From the human T2T-CHM13v2.0 reference genome, Homo sapiens: 64,000 bases of DNA. The stretch lies in assembly GCF_009914755.1 (NCBI RefSeq), contig NC_060928.1. The stretch is one strand, 5' to 3'. The notes under the pieces were generated by a model, which was not told the DNA's origin, searched no databases, and worked only from the letters and a program-made list of their open reading frames with translations. Shown here one piece after another: positions 1 to 13,249 of this stretch (positions within the stretch are counted from its first letter, which is position 1; each line of letters opens with the position of its first letter). The position numbers were made by a program, and so were the translations under genes.

Positions 1-1620
1 CATTAGCGTCAGATGTTCCTGAGAGGCTTCTGAAATACTTGTTCCTTCAGTTTTGCAATATCTGAAGAAAATATCCAGTATGACCTTTTAAATGTTAACT
101 TTTTCCCACTCATGCTGTTTCATTTCACAGATGAGGAGTAACGTAAAAAGAAGTACTCCAGTCACATTGTAACTGTACTCTATATTCTAACTACTCAATC
201 TCCTAGCCACATTAGTTTGTTGGAGATCTCGTTGATGTGATTAGCTAGTTCGTGGTCTATTTGGGAACTCCACAGCAAAGTAGAATTTTCTACCAATTAT
301 TTACATAGTCTGCTGTTTGTACTGTGTAATGCAAAGCAACTCCAGCTACTGTGGCAGCAGCTGTGACAACCTTTTGAAGAATTTTAGTAACAATATGCAC
401 AGGAGAGGCTTCCCAAGGACAGGAAAGCTTTACGGGTATCCATACTCCTCCTCGGGCTCTTACCACTAAAATAGAATGATCAGTATTATACAAGGAAGAA
501 TTAACACAAGAAAACTACATTCCTGACAAGTTACATGATTAGGGAGATCAAGTTTTAAAAAACCCACTCTACCAACAGGAAAGGCAGATGGACACAACTC
601 TGTATCCAGACTGAATCGTTAGGCCAATTCTACTATGTAATTAGGATTATATTGGGCTGGCTTAATAAATTTCCCTTCCCAAATCTTTTTTTCAGTGCCA
701 TTAAGATTTTCCATAATTCCTTACGTTTAGCTCCTACAGCAGGCCATATCATTTGGGGTTGCGGTACCACTATACCATATGCCCAAATAATAGGAACCCT
801 TGCTGTACTTAGTGTCCACCATCAGATTATTTTTTGTTTAGATGCAGAGTGACCACTACCTGCAGATTGAGAGGTGGGGCCTCATAGATGCCCCTTTAGG
901 GGACCAATCAATAACTCCATATGAATCATTATGCAACACCTCTGCCTGCGTTATGATATGATCGTCTGAAATGCCTTCATTTTTTCTGACCATGTCCAAT
1001 CCACTTTACAGATAGGTTTTTGAGGGTGGTAAACCTTGGCTACAGGAGCATAATCATTGTAATAAATACTAAGATTGGAAAGCATATGTAAGTGCCGCAG
1101 AGATACGTTCAGGCACTATCCCCAGCCAAGATTGGGAGGTAAACGCCCATTGGCTTTCCCTAAGCAAATAGGTAAATGCTCAAATCCCAACAAGATATTC
1201 ATAATTGTTCCCTCCTCTTGGGGGTGAGACACGCCTCTATCTGTAGAAAAAGGCATCCAAAAGCTATCATTAGTGTATACCTCCACTAGGGGCTCTAAGC
1301 ATATTACTGGCCGTAGAAGTGGTAGAAAAGGAATATATGCCCAATATAATTGTTTCAGCAGTTACTGGGGCGGGGTGGGGGGAGTACTCATAGCAATGGT
1401 GAGCACAGCCGTCATAGCTATTATTAGATTATTCATCATAGCTGGTCATTCCGCCACCTTCAGATTTTCTTCTCCCATCTTTGTCAACTTCTTGATGTGG
1501 CCCCAGGTGAGTGGCTGTGCCTGGTGAGTGTTGCTTGCCGGGACTGGTGTCTTCCTTACTGTCAGTCTCGACATGGCTGCAATCGGGGGTCCTCGGGTTC
1601 CTTCCCAAATCTCTTCCTCA
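1..1620 (-). pseudogene. env: HML-3 env (SU and start of TM), disrupted
   Basis: Signal region PLTWGHIKKLTKMGEENL near 1460-1515. ORF 290..493 reads [45 protein letters not shown], matching the HERV-K SU/TM junction. Confidence 0.88.
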
Positions 1621-1689
1621 GCATCTGGCTCATAAGGTTTCAGGTACCTTGATGGTATCCAAGTTGGCTGCTGGTTTTGGCCTGGAGAA

Positions 1690-3390
1690 ACACAAGCATA
1701 ACCTCTACCCCATGTTATTTTACCTATTTCCTAACTTTGTTATCAGACCTCTCCACCAAACCAGTCGTCTTGCTTCTGTCTTTGCCACTGGTTTCTATAG
1801 ATGTTGTTCAGCTGCTTGATAGCATCTGGCCTTTAGGCAGGCTCAGAAAATTTAAAGTCAATAATGCTAGATTCAATTGTATACTTGGAGTTCCATAGTC
1901 ACTGTTACCCGCAACCCCACACTTTGTTTTTGTAATTGCTGTTTTAGGGAGAGATTGATTCTACAATGGCTTGTCCTTATGAATTATGGGATGCCAGTAA
2001 TGTGTTTAATATTCCATATAGAGAAAAATGTAGCTAGAGCTTGGCTAGTATAGCCTGGGGCATTATCTGTTTTAACTGAAGTTGGAATGTCTATGATTGT
2101 GTGAAGCCTTGTAAAAGATGCCACTTAATACAGGCAGAAGATTCTCCTGTTTGACAGGTAGCTTAAAGTGAGAAAATGTGTCTACATATACATGCACGTA
2201 AGCTAGTCTCCCAAAAGTTGGGAACATATATGACAGCCATTGGCCAAAGAGAATTAGGTTCCAATCCTCGAGGATTAACTCCTGTAAAAGATGAGGAATG
2301 CACCATTTGGCAAGTTGCGCATTGCTGGATGATAGCTTTAGCTTCTTTCCAGGTAATGCTGTATCTGCATTTGAGACCAGAGGCATTAAGGGTTAAATTG
2401 TGAAAGTGTATAGTATTAGATAATGCAGTAGCAACTAGGCGATAAGTCATTTGATTGCCTGTGGTCAAAGGTCCTGGAAGGGAAGTGTATGAGCTCTAAT
2501 TGAGTAATGTAAAAAGGGTGCATTCTATTCCTAACTGCCGTTTGCAGTTGGGTGAATAAAGTAATCAGTTGTTCATCTGTATGAAATTGTGTAACTTAGC
2601 ATTTTCAATTGGGTGGAGTGAACCACATGTGAACAATTAGAAATTACATTGACAGGCATCTCAAGCACTCAGCACCTCAATTACAGCTACAAGCTCTGCT
2701 TTTTGAGCTGAAGTATAGGGTGTCTGAAAATTTTTTAATCCAGAATGAGAAGCTTTACCATTACTAGACCCATCTGTAAAAATATATTTAGCACCTTCAA
2801 TTGGTTTAAATTGTTCTAGGGAGACTCCAATTTTAAAAATTGAAATAATTTTCAAAGTGATCAGGAACACCTACAAAATCAGCTAAATGGGTTTACCAAG
2901 TAAGACTATTTATAAAGGCCTGTTGTATTTGTGCCTTTGTAAGAGGGACAATTTTTCCAAGGTCATATCCATGCAATTTAACAATTCAAGTTCTCCCATT
3001 TCCTATCAGTAGCAGTTTGATCCAAATAAGGAGTTAAGGACTGCGAATTAGTATGTGGAAGAAAAAGCCATTCTAAGTCTTGGTCTTGGACAATAACACC
3101 AGTAGGTGAATGCTGAGTTGGAAAAATCTAAAGTCTTTTTTTGATCTATTCCGTTTGATCTTTATGTATTTGCTTCTCAATTAGCTGTAACTCTGTCTCA
3201 GCCTCCTGTAATTGCCAAGGGCTAGCGAGACTAGGATCCTCCTCTAACGATAGAAAACAGGCTACTCATGGCACAGGTAGGAATGCCTAGAGCAGGTCAT
3301 ATCCAATTAATGTCTCCTAGTAATTTTTGAAAGTCAATGTCTTCAATTCCAACGTATGGTTACTTTCTGTGGCACTATTGTAGTGTCATT
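1690..3390 (-). pseudogene. pol: HML-3 pol remnant (RT thumb/connection, RNase H, integrase)
   Basis: DFQKLLGDINWI near 3300-3335. RNase [12 protein letters not shown]...[11 protein letters not shown] in ORF 2661..2870. Integrase FGRLAYVHVYVDTFSHF in ORF 2072..2386. Confidence 0.9.
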
Positions 3391-3640
3391 TACTAAGCCG
3401 TGCTATACGCTCTCCTGGCTCTGCTTTCCAGGGAACAGAAGTAGATACAATAACTTGAATTTCTCCATTGTAATCTGACTCCTGTTTGTACTTGTATTCC
3501 TTTTAAACTTAAACTAGACCTACCTAGAAGTAATTCTGCTGTCCCCGCAGGCAGGGGTCCGCTCCTGTTGACACCTTTTGCGGGGGTTCCCCAGGCAGAA
3601 GGCTCGCAGCTTTAGTGCAGCATAACTCTGGCGGGTACTG
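3391..3640 (-). pseudogene. pro: HML-3 pro N-terminal dUTPase remnant
   Basis: LCCTKAASLLPGEPPQKVSTG, LLGRSSLSLKGIQVQTG and VPWKAEPGERIA are betaretroviral dUTPase motifs. The protease itself is missing. Confidence 0.85.
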
Positions 3641-5210
3641 GCTGTGGCAGGGGACAGGCATTGTACAGGGGTGAGAGAGTGGCCTGAGCCAGGAATGACC
3701 CGGTTTGGAACGGAGCCTGGGACGGACCCTCATGGCACTTCCCGAAATCGGGTTCTCATCTTTATCAAACTTAGTGACGCTGATTAGCCCAGTGTTTTCG
3801 TTTTTTGCATTTTGGACATATTCCAGCCTCAGCAGTTGTTTGCCCCCCAACTGGGAGCCTGACTTGCTGATTTTTTTTTTCCCCTGCATTCTTTTTTAGT
3901 ATTACCATGCTTCCCACAGTTAAAACAAGCTCCAGGAAATGAATATTTCCTTTACCCACTTTCAGTCCTGCCATTGCCTTGGGCTAGCAGGATAACTTTA
4001 TGCAGATTACCTCTGATACTATCACAAGCTTTAATATACTCGACCAAATGTGCTTTTCCTTTAATAAGTGGCAGAGCAACTTGGCACTCAGGATTGGCAT
4101 TGTCAAAAGCAATAACTGCAACACCATATCCTGAGCGGCAGAATCTGCAATCGCCTTTTTAAGAGACTCCTGTAACCTGGCTATAAAATCTACATATGGT
4201 TCTTTTGGTCCTTGTCTCACAGCACTAAAAGATGGGTATTCTGAAGTGATTTTCCCCAGCTCTAATACGTACTCCTAAGGTGCTCTATGGCATCATCCTG
4301 CATGACCACTTGCACATCTAAACCAGCCCAGCCGCTAATCCCCAAAAGTTGGCCTGCAGTTACATAAATTTGAGGTTGGGCCTGGGCATTGTGAGCAGCC
4401 TGAATGGAAGCTTCCTCTGCCCACCAAGTTTTAAGCTGTAAGAATTGAACATGAGTCAGACAAGCTCGAGTAAGAGCCTCCCAGTCAGTAGGGATCACCT
4501 GACTGGAGACGAGAACATTTAACAGTCTTATTACAAAAGGAAAACCTGGTCCATACTGATTAATAGCTTGTTTAAATTCTTTAACTTAAAAGGAAGAGGC
4601 TCACATGTAACCATAATATTCCCGTTGATCAGGTGGTTGTATTGTCATGGCAACTGCCAAGCATCCATATCACCCTCTCATCTAGCTTGCTGGATTCCTG
4701 CCTGAATGTAACTGAGAGCGGTCACTTGAGGCGCTGCTCAGTCACAGGGGCAACTACTTTTCACCCAGTGTCCTCCAGAAGAGATCCGGAGGGGGTCAGG
4801 CCACTTTCTTCAAAATGGGTGGGGAGGTGTAGAGGGTTAGGGATAAACATCTCCCTCTGCCGCTTTAGCTGGCAAGCAAACTTGCTCTGTCATCTTCGGT
4901 TACTTCATTGTACTCTCCTTCCTGACTTTTTTTTCTCATCTGTGTGGAAAGGTTCCAAGGTGGAATGAACCAGAGCCCACACTGACTAGTTTACAGGAAT
5001 ATCCTCAGCACCATCCTTATATGCCTTTTTCAGTGCACTGCCTACCTTTTCCCAGACCTCTACATTCAGAGTTCCTTGGTCCAGAAACCAGGGGCAATAT
5101 TTCTCTACCACACTACAAAGCTGCATAAGTCATCTGGTGCTACCCTTCACTCCTCCTTTTGAGATGCCAAAGCAGACTCAAGCCTCATGTCTGCTCACCC
5201 CTTGTCCCAT
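3640..5210 (-). pseudogene. gag: HML-3 gag, disrupted
   Basis: ATG GGA CAA (MGQ, myristoylation start) at 5210. Matrix CPWFLDQGTLNVEVWEKVG near 5040-5100. Capsid PTDWEALTRACLTHVQFLQLKTWW, MHR and CCHC knuckle. Confidence 0.9.
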
Positions 5211-5338
5211 TGTTATCCTGATGCTTCTGAGCTCCCCTTCTTACCCACAGGGATTGCTTAAAGAGTACTCGGGTGTGCTCCAGTGTAGTTCCACGTACTC
5301 CAGCCGTTGCTCCAGTGACCTTTCGACTGGAATTCGAG

Positions 5339-5356
5339 CCCCCCCATTGGGCACTG
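5339..5356 (-). promoter_or_regulatory. Degenerate tRNA-Lys primer binding site
   Basis: Minus strand CAGTGCCCAATGGGGGGG immediately after the LTR resembles the Lys PBS TGGCGCCCAACGTGGGGC. Confidence 0.7.
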
Positions 5357-5358
5357 CT

Positions 5359-5828
5359 TGCCAAGACCAGCTCGGTTGTGGAGACCCTAAACCAATGGTG
5401 CTAGAGGAATTCGACTCAGGAATTAGGGTATAAAGTGGAAATCGGGGGGCTGACAGCCTTGAGAGCTAAGAGCCATGAACAGAGACTGGCCCACACATTT
5501 GACAAAGTCAGTGATAAGCATAGTTTTTATAGATAAGCTAAAAGCATTCCTTAGGGGAAACAAAGCATTCTTAGCAAGGAGCAAAGAAACAGGTGCTGGC
5601 TTGATCATCTGCAGCAAAAGCATATTAAGGCACAGGCAGCTCCTGCTATTGTTAGTGGTTTGACCAGTTTTCCCTCTCTGGGCAGGCCAGGTTTTCCTAG
5701 CCCCCTGCTCCAGTAAACCTCTAGCAGTGTGTGTGATAGCCATCATGATCGTGTCATGTTGCTGCAGAAATCCTGTTTGTGGTGTTTCTTTAAGGCCTGT
5801 TTGACAGGGTTAGGGCTTGCTACCAGCA
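5359..5828 (-). mobile_element. 5' LTR, MER9 (MER9B-like)
   Basis: TG...CA termini. Minus strand begins TGCTGGTAGCAAGCCC...ATTTCTGCAGCAACATGACACGATCATGATGGCTATC, matching remembered MER9. The sequence right of 5828 is homologous to 17045 and 32195, so the provirus inserted into the repeat array. Confidence 0.85.
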
Positions 5829-7974
5829 CCAGACAGCACAGGGGCCAGTGTGAGATTAGTATGGCTGGGTGAGAAGTCCTGCCAAGGTGCTGGCAGATCT
5901 GGGCTGTTGCCAGATGGACTTGAGAGCTCTATTCTGGGAGTAGATTTTTGGCAGGCTTTTTCCAGACTCGAGAGGGCCCTCAGCTGATATATGGTCTCAG
6001 TAATGGATCAGGCTCTACCATGTACCATGAAAGTGTCTTATGACCAATTTAGATCTCAACTTCATAGAAAGCTGTCACAATGAACTGAATGTTATGCATA
6101 GTCCAGGAGAGGGATTTTTTTCTTGGTCATAAAATGGTTTGTTAGGGAATCATGACTCTTCCCTTGTTATCTAAGTCCTTCAACTTCATACCTGTTACCC
6201 ATCTTTGCCTATGACTTAAACTGAAGTGTAGTAAAGTTATGTGCTTTTTGTGGGAGAAGTCCTAGGCCTCTCGCTTAGTGGTGTCCAGGTAGCTACTTAA
6301 CCCCAAAGAACAATCTAGACAATAAGACCTAGACTGGAAACAAAGTTCTCTGTGAATCTCGTCTGAGATGGGTAATGTGGTGTGAGACCTTATGGCTGAC
6401 AGGTGTCATAGCCACAGCTGGTTAGTGTCAGTTACTATAGACCCAGAGGTGCGTCTGTGCTTGTGAAATACTTGGAGGGAATTAGTATGTTATTGGCTTC
6501 TTTGGTTCCCTTATGCCTTTATGTCATGTCCCTTAATGGAAGAATTTGTACAGCTTTTCCTGTATTAAAAATAAAGAACTGGTACCATAACCTCTCCACA
6601 CTTAAGGCCCTTCAGGGACTAAGACTTAGGCCTGACCTCAGCTCAGTGGCTGAGCTCATGGATCCCAGCCATGTTGAGCTGCAGAGCTAATCATACAATG
6701 CTAGAAGCACACTTGAAGGTGATGCCCCATCACCAGGTGGCTGGGTCCCAAGAGTCATCTTTTGCTGAGAAGCATGTGATGGGAACCTCTGGGCTCTGGG
6801 GTGTCTTCTGGGGCAAGCAAGCATTGGGGCAGGAGGTACAATAGTGCCTGAGCTACCCTTTGTACCTTCCTCTGCTCTGAGGATCCTAGACAACTTTGAT
6901 CCATGTCAATGTCTTACTCGGCTTTTCAGACAACTGTGACCTTGGATTGCCCACTTGGCTATCTGTTATAAGTAAAACTTCCAGTTTGTTCTTTCACTCA
7001 ATGTTTTGAAATCATTCATAAACTTCTCGGCTGTCATAAGGCCTCAGGAATCATTGGTATGAAGAATCTGGTTAGAGGGTATCGGAGGATACAATGACAT
7101 AGCCATCAGAATGGAACCTTTAAGTCTGAATTCTTGGCCCTTAGAGCTTGGGCTATAATGTAGCCAGAGATCCATCTCATCCAAAACCAGACTGAAACAC
7201 ACGTTTCCGTATACCACTGTGTCTGAGTGATGCACGTAGGATCGTTTTCTGCTGGGATATGCACTGAACTGACAGCCTTGGTGAACATGAGGGAGATGGA
7301 TGGACCCCAGTCTCTGCACCTAGTAGACCTTTGGTAGTTTACCCTGTTTCATGAAATGTGTGGCTCAAGTCTAGTTCTTTCACTGTGTGCGCACTGACAC
7401 TGCCAGAAAAGGCCTTGGAACTTTCTGTAGTGGTTGTGTTGTTCATACTGCCTTGTGTGCAGGGGAGACTTAAGATAGAGGAAGGCTGCTCCCTGACTAA
7501 AATGAGGTGCATTCTCAGAGGGGGCACCTGAATTTCCACTGGATGTGGGAAGCATTCCTCACCCAAGTCATACTACTTTAGATCCTGGATCTGAGTCATC
7601 CAGGACCCAACACTTGAGGTCTGGCCCCAGTGGAAAGTGATGGGAAGGTTGGTCCTCCAATCACAGCTTGCAAGATGTCCCTATGTGATCACTGTACCAG
7701 TGTCCATAGTAGGAGATGTTAACACCCAAACTCATTGTTGCCTATAAAGGTCTGTATATAGACACTAAGGTAAATGCGTAGCAAAAGGGCCAGGTGTTAG
7801 GGAACAGGTAGAAGGTGGACCAGTTTTCAGCTCCAGAAAACAAGCTTCAACAGTCATAGTGAGGCATCTGCATGCTTCAACCTGAATCTGAAATACTTAA
7901 CACACTACCTATGCTCCCAGAATCCTCCAAAGTCCTCAAATTACATGTATATCTGATATCCACCTATCAACTAG

Positions 7975-8170
7975 ATCAGAAACTTTTAATTGGATGCTCC
8001 TGTGTAATTTTTCATTGGGGGCTGTCCTGTGCACTGTAGGACTTTAAGCAGCACAATTTACCTTTTCTGCTAGGTGCCCATAGCAATTCCCTTCAACCCC
8101 TGAAGGGCTGTGATCAACATCTAGACACTTCTCCCTGGAAAGCAGAATTGACCACTTGAATACCAAACTA
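7975..8170. mobile_element. MER20 (hAT DNA transposon) inside GON4L-like copy A
   Basis: GGGGGCTGTCCTGTGCACTGTAGGA..AGCAGCA core of MER20. Present at the equivalent site in copies B and C. Confidence 0.75.
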
Positions 8171-11100
8171 GGTTTCAAGAAACCATCAGCTGTCTTGGGG
8201 GTAGTTCTCTCATGGCACCTTCATGTGTGGCGTACTAGATGCCTGTGTGTTTTCTCCATGATCTTTGAAAGGTTGGAGAACAGACAATCTGAAGCTGAGC
8301 AATGCCTTCACAGAGGTGAACTCTCCCAGAAAAAATCCCTTCAAGGTAGCCCCTAGGGCCTGGGATTTAATTGTTCTCCTTTCCACGTTGAAGAATCCTC
8401 TTCACCACCGAGTCTTGGGATGCAATTGGCAGGTCCATACCCTTATGTCTTCACTGTGCGTGTCTTGGCATGGGCTTCTTACTGCTCAAGAGTCTGAATT
8501 GGACCATTCCCATAGGCCCCTCCACATATGTGTGTTCCAGATCTCTTCTATGTAATCATCTTCCGGGGTCTGACCAGTCAGTCCATTTTCCAATATATGG
8601 GACCAATTATCCTCAAAACCCTTATCCCATAAGAGATGATCAAGTTTATTGATTGAACTTCTGCCAAATGAGAGGATTTTTTCCCCAATGACAACTTAGG
8701 GTGCCCTCAGAGAAGCTTTAGTGTCACAACAGTTTATACTCGGCTATCACATATTGAGTCAATCATCCATAAACCAGAACTTTACCCTTTGCCAGTTGGT
8801 CATAGAGATCTCCCCTTGAGGCTACAGGTATGAGCTGACAGATGCAGGTACTACAGAGCTTGAGGATGATGGGAGTCTGAGCCACCTAGTTTTGTGATTT
8901 AAATGTAGTTCTATGTTCATTTCCCTCACAACCTTGTTGTGCCCATGGAGCTTCTGCCTCTATGGGTCTCACAACACCCAGATCAGGGTAGGAAGTTCTA
9001 AAAGTTACTAGCTGTCTCATGGCCAAGAGCTCAGTCTCCAAGGCTCAGTAACATGGTTGAAGCTGACCTGAAGGGTAATCAGCCTTCTACTGGCAGACTT
9101 AGGCTAGAATCTTAATGGTCTGTAGTATTTTTACTAAAGTATCCCCCAGACGCCTCCCATGACCACCTCCTACCATGGATCTAATATGAGAGGCAAGGCA
9201 ACATTTTAGAAGGCCAAGATTAGCTGCAGGGCCCTCATCTGATGAGGCCTCTTCAAAACTTATACCTGTTGGAGCCCACTAAAAATGGCTTACAGTAGTT
9301 AAGTGTGATACGCTGTATCAAATTCACAAACTCCTATTTTGAAAGTACACTGTTTATGGTAGGAGATAATCCAAGGAGCTGTCCTTGAATTTGAAAGTTG
9401 GAAGTGATGTCCCTGCATGCCCTAGATACTTAAGCATTGTGGATAGACCCCTGAGTCTTGGTAGGCTTTCCCCTCCCTCTGGCACTTGGGTATGCTCCAG
9501 AGCACTGGCTGCTTCCTGATGGGTCTGACTTATGCCAATAATAAAGTGGCCCAGCGAGATCTCCTGTGAGATGCCAGCAAAACCAAGACTTCAGCCTATG
9601 ACATTAGGACAGACCAGTAGAGTTAATACCGCCTGAGGACAAGACAATGTGTATTCCTGGCCTTACCATGAATAAGCCAAACTGAACTTGGAACCTCAAT
9701 GAGGAGGATTTGAAAGAATGGATTTTCCAGAATGGCGGTAAGCCTCCACTCAATGTCAGAAGTGGTGGTTACTAGCAAAGATACCATAATGTTGCATGAT
9801 GGCTATGCTAAATCAAATATATGGTAGTTCACTGTCATGTGACATGGAACTCCAAAAGATGAAAACCACAAGAATCTAGTCAAATGCAGAATGACATCCT
9901 TTCCATATGTGGCAGACAAGTGAACAGGTGCTGAAAAGGTTCCCTGTTGAGTTACCTTGAACCAGTGGTCAAAGTGAGGTTTTCTGTGCTGGAAAACCTT
10001 CGTAGCCTCGTGTCCAATTCAAAACACTTGTGTTTTGAGGATGAAACTAGGACCATTCTAACTTTTCAGAAAACATGGGCCCTTGAAGCAGCAGTTTCCA
10101 TACTTTGGGGACAGATTCTTTATTGGCGTAGGTACATTACTGACCTAAAAATCCAGATTTCTCTAGGAGAACTGGGGTCCTAGTCCAGGATGCTGGCTAC
10201 ATGGACGGGCAAGGAGTGACCACTAGCTTGCCCTTAACCATTGCCCAGGCATGGGAGATCCCAGCAGCAACCATGCCGGGAGTGTCTGCAATGGCAGCTG
10301 GACTCTTGTTGGGCTTCTGATGCCTCATGAACTATGCCACATCCATCCACCTTCACTTGTGAGAATTGTCTTCCCAGAAGTAGGTCTTTCTGCCAGTTTG
10401 CATGTTTATTGCTAGAATGTACAAGGTTAAGCCAGTGAGGGAGGGGGAAAAGGTAGAGGCTGGGAGGGAAAACTCACCAGTTTAGGTTGTGAGCCACCTC
10501 CACTCAAGGTGTACCCAATTCTTTAGTGTTGGAAATACATTTAGCTTCTGGTGGCAAAACTCACTGGATTTCTCCTTAACTTCTATGCTCTTCGTTGTCT
10601 GACACTTGCACTGCCCCAATATGATCTGTAGGAATATTTGAGTATCCAAAAAGATCTTTAAGGTATCAAGTCACCTACTCTCACATGTACAGAAGATGTG
10701 CCAGATGCCAGTCTTCAATTCTTGTTTAAATTGGTCTTTCGGAACTCTAAAGTCAACTGCCACTGAAGTCATTGACTAAAGCTTCATTCACACATCTGTC
10801 CTTCCTCAGACTGGTAGATAAGATGGAGATGAACTTCACAAAGACCTTACTGGGAGGATTGTATGATGCTTGGGAGATTCAGAATGCAGACAGCATGTCC
10901 TCCTAATCAAGAAGCAGCCCTCACCCTTTTCAGAGCTGACAGACTACTGAGGCTCTCTGAAAAGCAGTTTAGTTTGCCATAAGGAGCCAGTCAATTTAAT
11001 CCCTGGATGGTGTGAATTGCTCTGGGTGGCAGGAATGCTTTCCTGAACCTTTCTGATAAGGTCCTTGTGTTTTCTGACTATTCTCTAATCTGTAACTTTG

Positions 11101-11740
11101 GAAATGTGGATGGTGTCAATGTTTACAAAGGGGTGAGGCTGTATTCAAAACTTGCTGTCTCCTTAGTTGACCAGATCTTCATTGCTTAATACCTGAAAGG
11201 GATCCCGATACTAGAAGAAAGCATGGAAGGACTTTTTATGGGGGCTTGTGAATTGCCCTCTTAGGGGAAGACAGGAACCTTTCTGCCAGTCTCATTAAAC
11301 CCTAATCACAGATCCTGGGTAGGCTGAGCTAGATGAAGAAACAGGACCTGTGGTATTTGGGGCAGGTGTTCATCGTATTCCTGCCAGCAGAGATGTGCTC
11401 TTGACATAAGTCAGTCACATGTCCTTGAGTCCTAGTCAGCACTGGGGAGCCAGTGTAGGGTGGATATAGATATGCAAGTGGTCTTACGTGGGTCCTGGCT
11501 GATCTAGAGTGGGGACTGAAATGTAGGGTGTACCTGCAGAATTGGATCCTTCATAGGCTTTTGGTAGAACCAGAGAGGGAAGAGAGGACAGCCTTTGGTG
11601 AACCTGTCAATGGGGAAGACTGAGTAACTGAGAACTGTTGATAGTTACTTGGTTATATGTAGTCTATGACCAAAAGAAACATCCGAGGCTTTATGATCTT
11701 CAAATAGTTTGAATACTTGGCCACACCACAGTGATAGGGC

Positions 11741-11759
11741 TTTTTTTTTTTTTTTTTTT
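11741..11759 (+). repeat. Poly(T) run, 19 nt
   Basis: Direct observation. Paralogous sites (about 23047, 35596, 40866) have only short T runs before GGTCA. Confidence 0.95.
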
Positions 11760-13249
11760 GGTCATAGAATGACTTAAACAGAATCATGATGCTTTGAATT
11801 CTCTACATATTTCATCTTTTTCTATACTTGAGTGATCTTGGCCCTATGGCTTAAACCTAAGAATCCTTGTTTGGTTCCCTTTTCAGGGAAAAGGTCTAGG
11901 CCTCCTGTTCACTGGTGTCCTGGTGGCAACCTGAAACAATGTTAAGGGATGTAGACTGGGGAACAGACCCCCATCAACCTTGTTGCAGGGACTGTGATAA
12001 TGCACCGTGAGCCCTGTGGTTGGAATATACTGTTGCTGTGGTCAGTTATGGTTTCTGGGTACCCAGGGGGTAATTTTGGGCTTATACACCACTGACAGGG
12101 AATTGACACACTTGTGGTTTTTTTCCTTATCTCTTATGCCTTGTCCCTTGATACAGGAAGAAGCCATAGAAATTCCTCTTAAAGAATTGGCACTAATTTC
12201 TCAGCATGCAGAGATCCTTCAGGGACCAAGGTTCTCATGGTTGTCTGCTTCGTGATTGAAATGGATGTAGAACCCAGCTGTTTTGAGAGCCACTCATGAT
12301 GGTAGCAGTGCCCATACCGCTAACACTCCACTCCCAGCTGGCTGGATATCAAGTCTTTCAGCTTCCTCTGACAGTGGACGTGTGTGATGGAAGCCTCTGG
12401 GCTCCAGAGTGTCTGCTGGAGTAATCACTGGGGCAGTCAGAACAATAGTCCCTGAGCTCCTCTTATCTTCCTCTGCTCATGTTGAGGTCTCTAGATGACT
12501 TCACTTCCTGTCAATGTCCTCCCCTTCTTAAACCACCATGAGTTTGCATATTCCACTTCTATCTACCAAGAACACTCTAGTTCATGACTGTCACTCAAGG
12601 AGGCTTTCAAATTAAGATTCACAAGTTTGCTGGCTCTGAAGTTTAGAGGCAATCTTTAGCTTGAAGAATCCCACCTGAAGGTTTAGGGAGATATAAGGAC
12701 AGACATAAATGTAAACAACGGCAAGTAGATAGGAGTGTCTAGAACTTGGAGAGCTGAGATAATCTTGTAGAGGGTGCACTTCATTCCAACTGACTTCAAG
12801 ACTACATCCTCTATATGCATCACAGGAACTGAGTCACACAAAAGAGTGCAGTTATGGAATTTGTGCTGTGGAAGCTGATGCCCTGGAGAATGAGAAATGG
12901 ACCTCAGCTTGGCACTGACATGGAGATGTCTGTCACTTGATCTTTTTGTTGCCTAAAACTTGTGACTCAAACCATCTGTGTGGATGCACAATGCCAGGAA
13001 AGGTCTAGGTAATTCAGTAGCTGTGTATCTCACTGGCTTTAGAGTGTATTTAAGATAGGCTTCTCCCTTACTCATGATTCTCACCTTCAAAGAGCAACTC
13101 AGTTTGCATGACGAGGTAGTCAGAGTTGATTCGATCCCTGCGTGGTATGAACTGCTCCAGGCAGGAATGCTTTCCTGAACTCTTCTGATGAGGTCCTTGT
13201 GTTGCATCACTGTTCTCTAACCTGTATGAAAGTGTGCATATGTGGATAT

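Larger units (their letters stand above)
1..5828 (-). mobile_element. HERV-K(HML-3)/HERVK9 defective provirus, continues past the left edge
   Basis: Minus-strand order LTR-PBS-gag-dUTPase-pol-env with betaretroviral motifs: Gag MHR RQGPKEPYVDFIARL, zinc knuckle CPKCKKRKHWANQ, integrase HHCC region FHNLT...CATCQ...GVNPRGLEPNSLW. Many stops and frameshifts. The LTR resembles MER9. Confidence 0.92.

Noticed and set aside
1-5828. Provirus as HML-2 (LTR5)
   Set aside because: The LTR is about 470 bp and MER9-like, not the roughly 970 bp LTR5.
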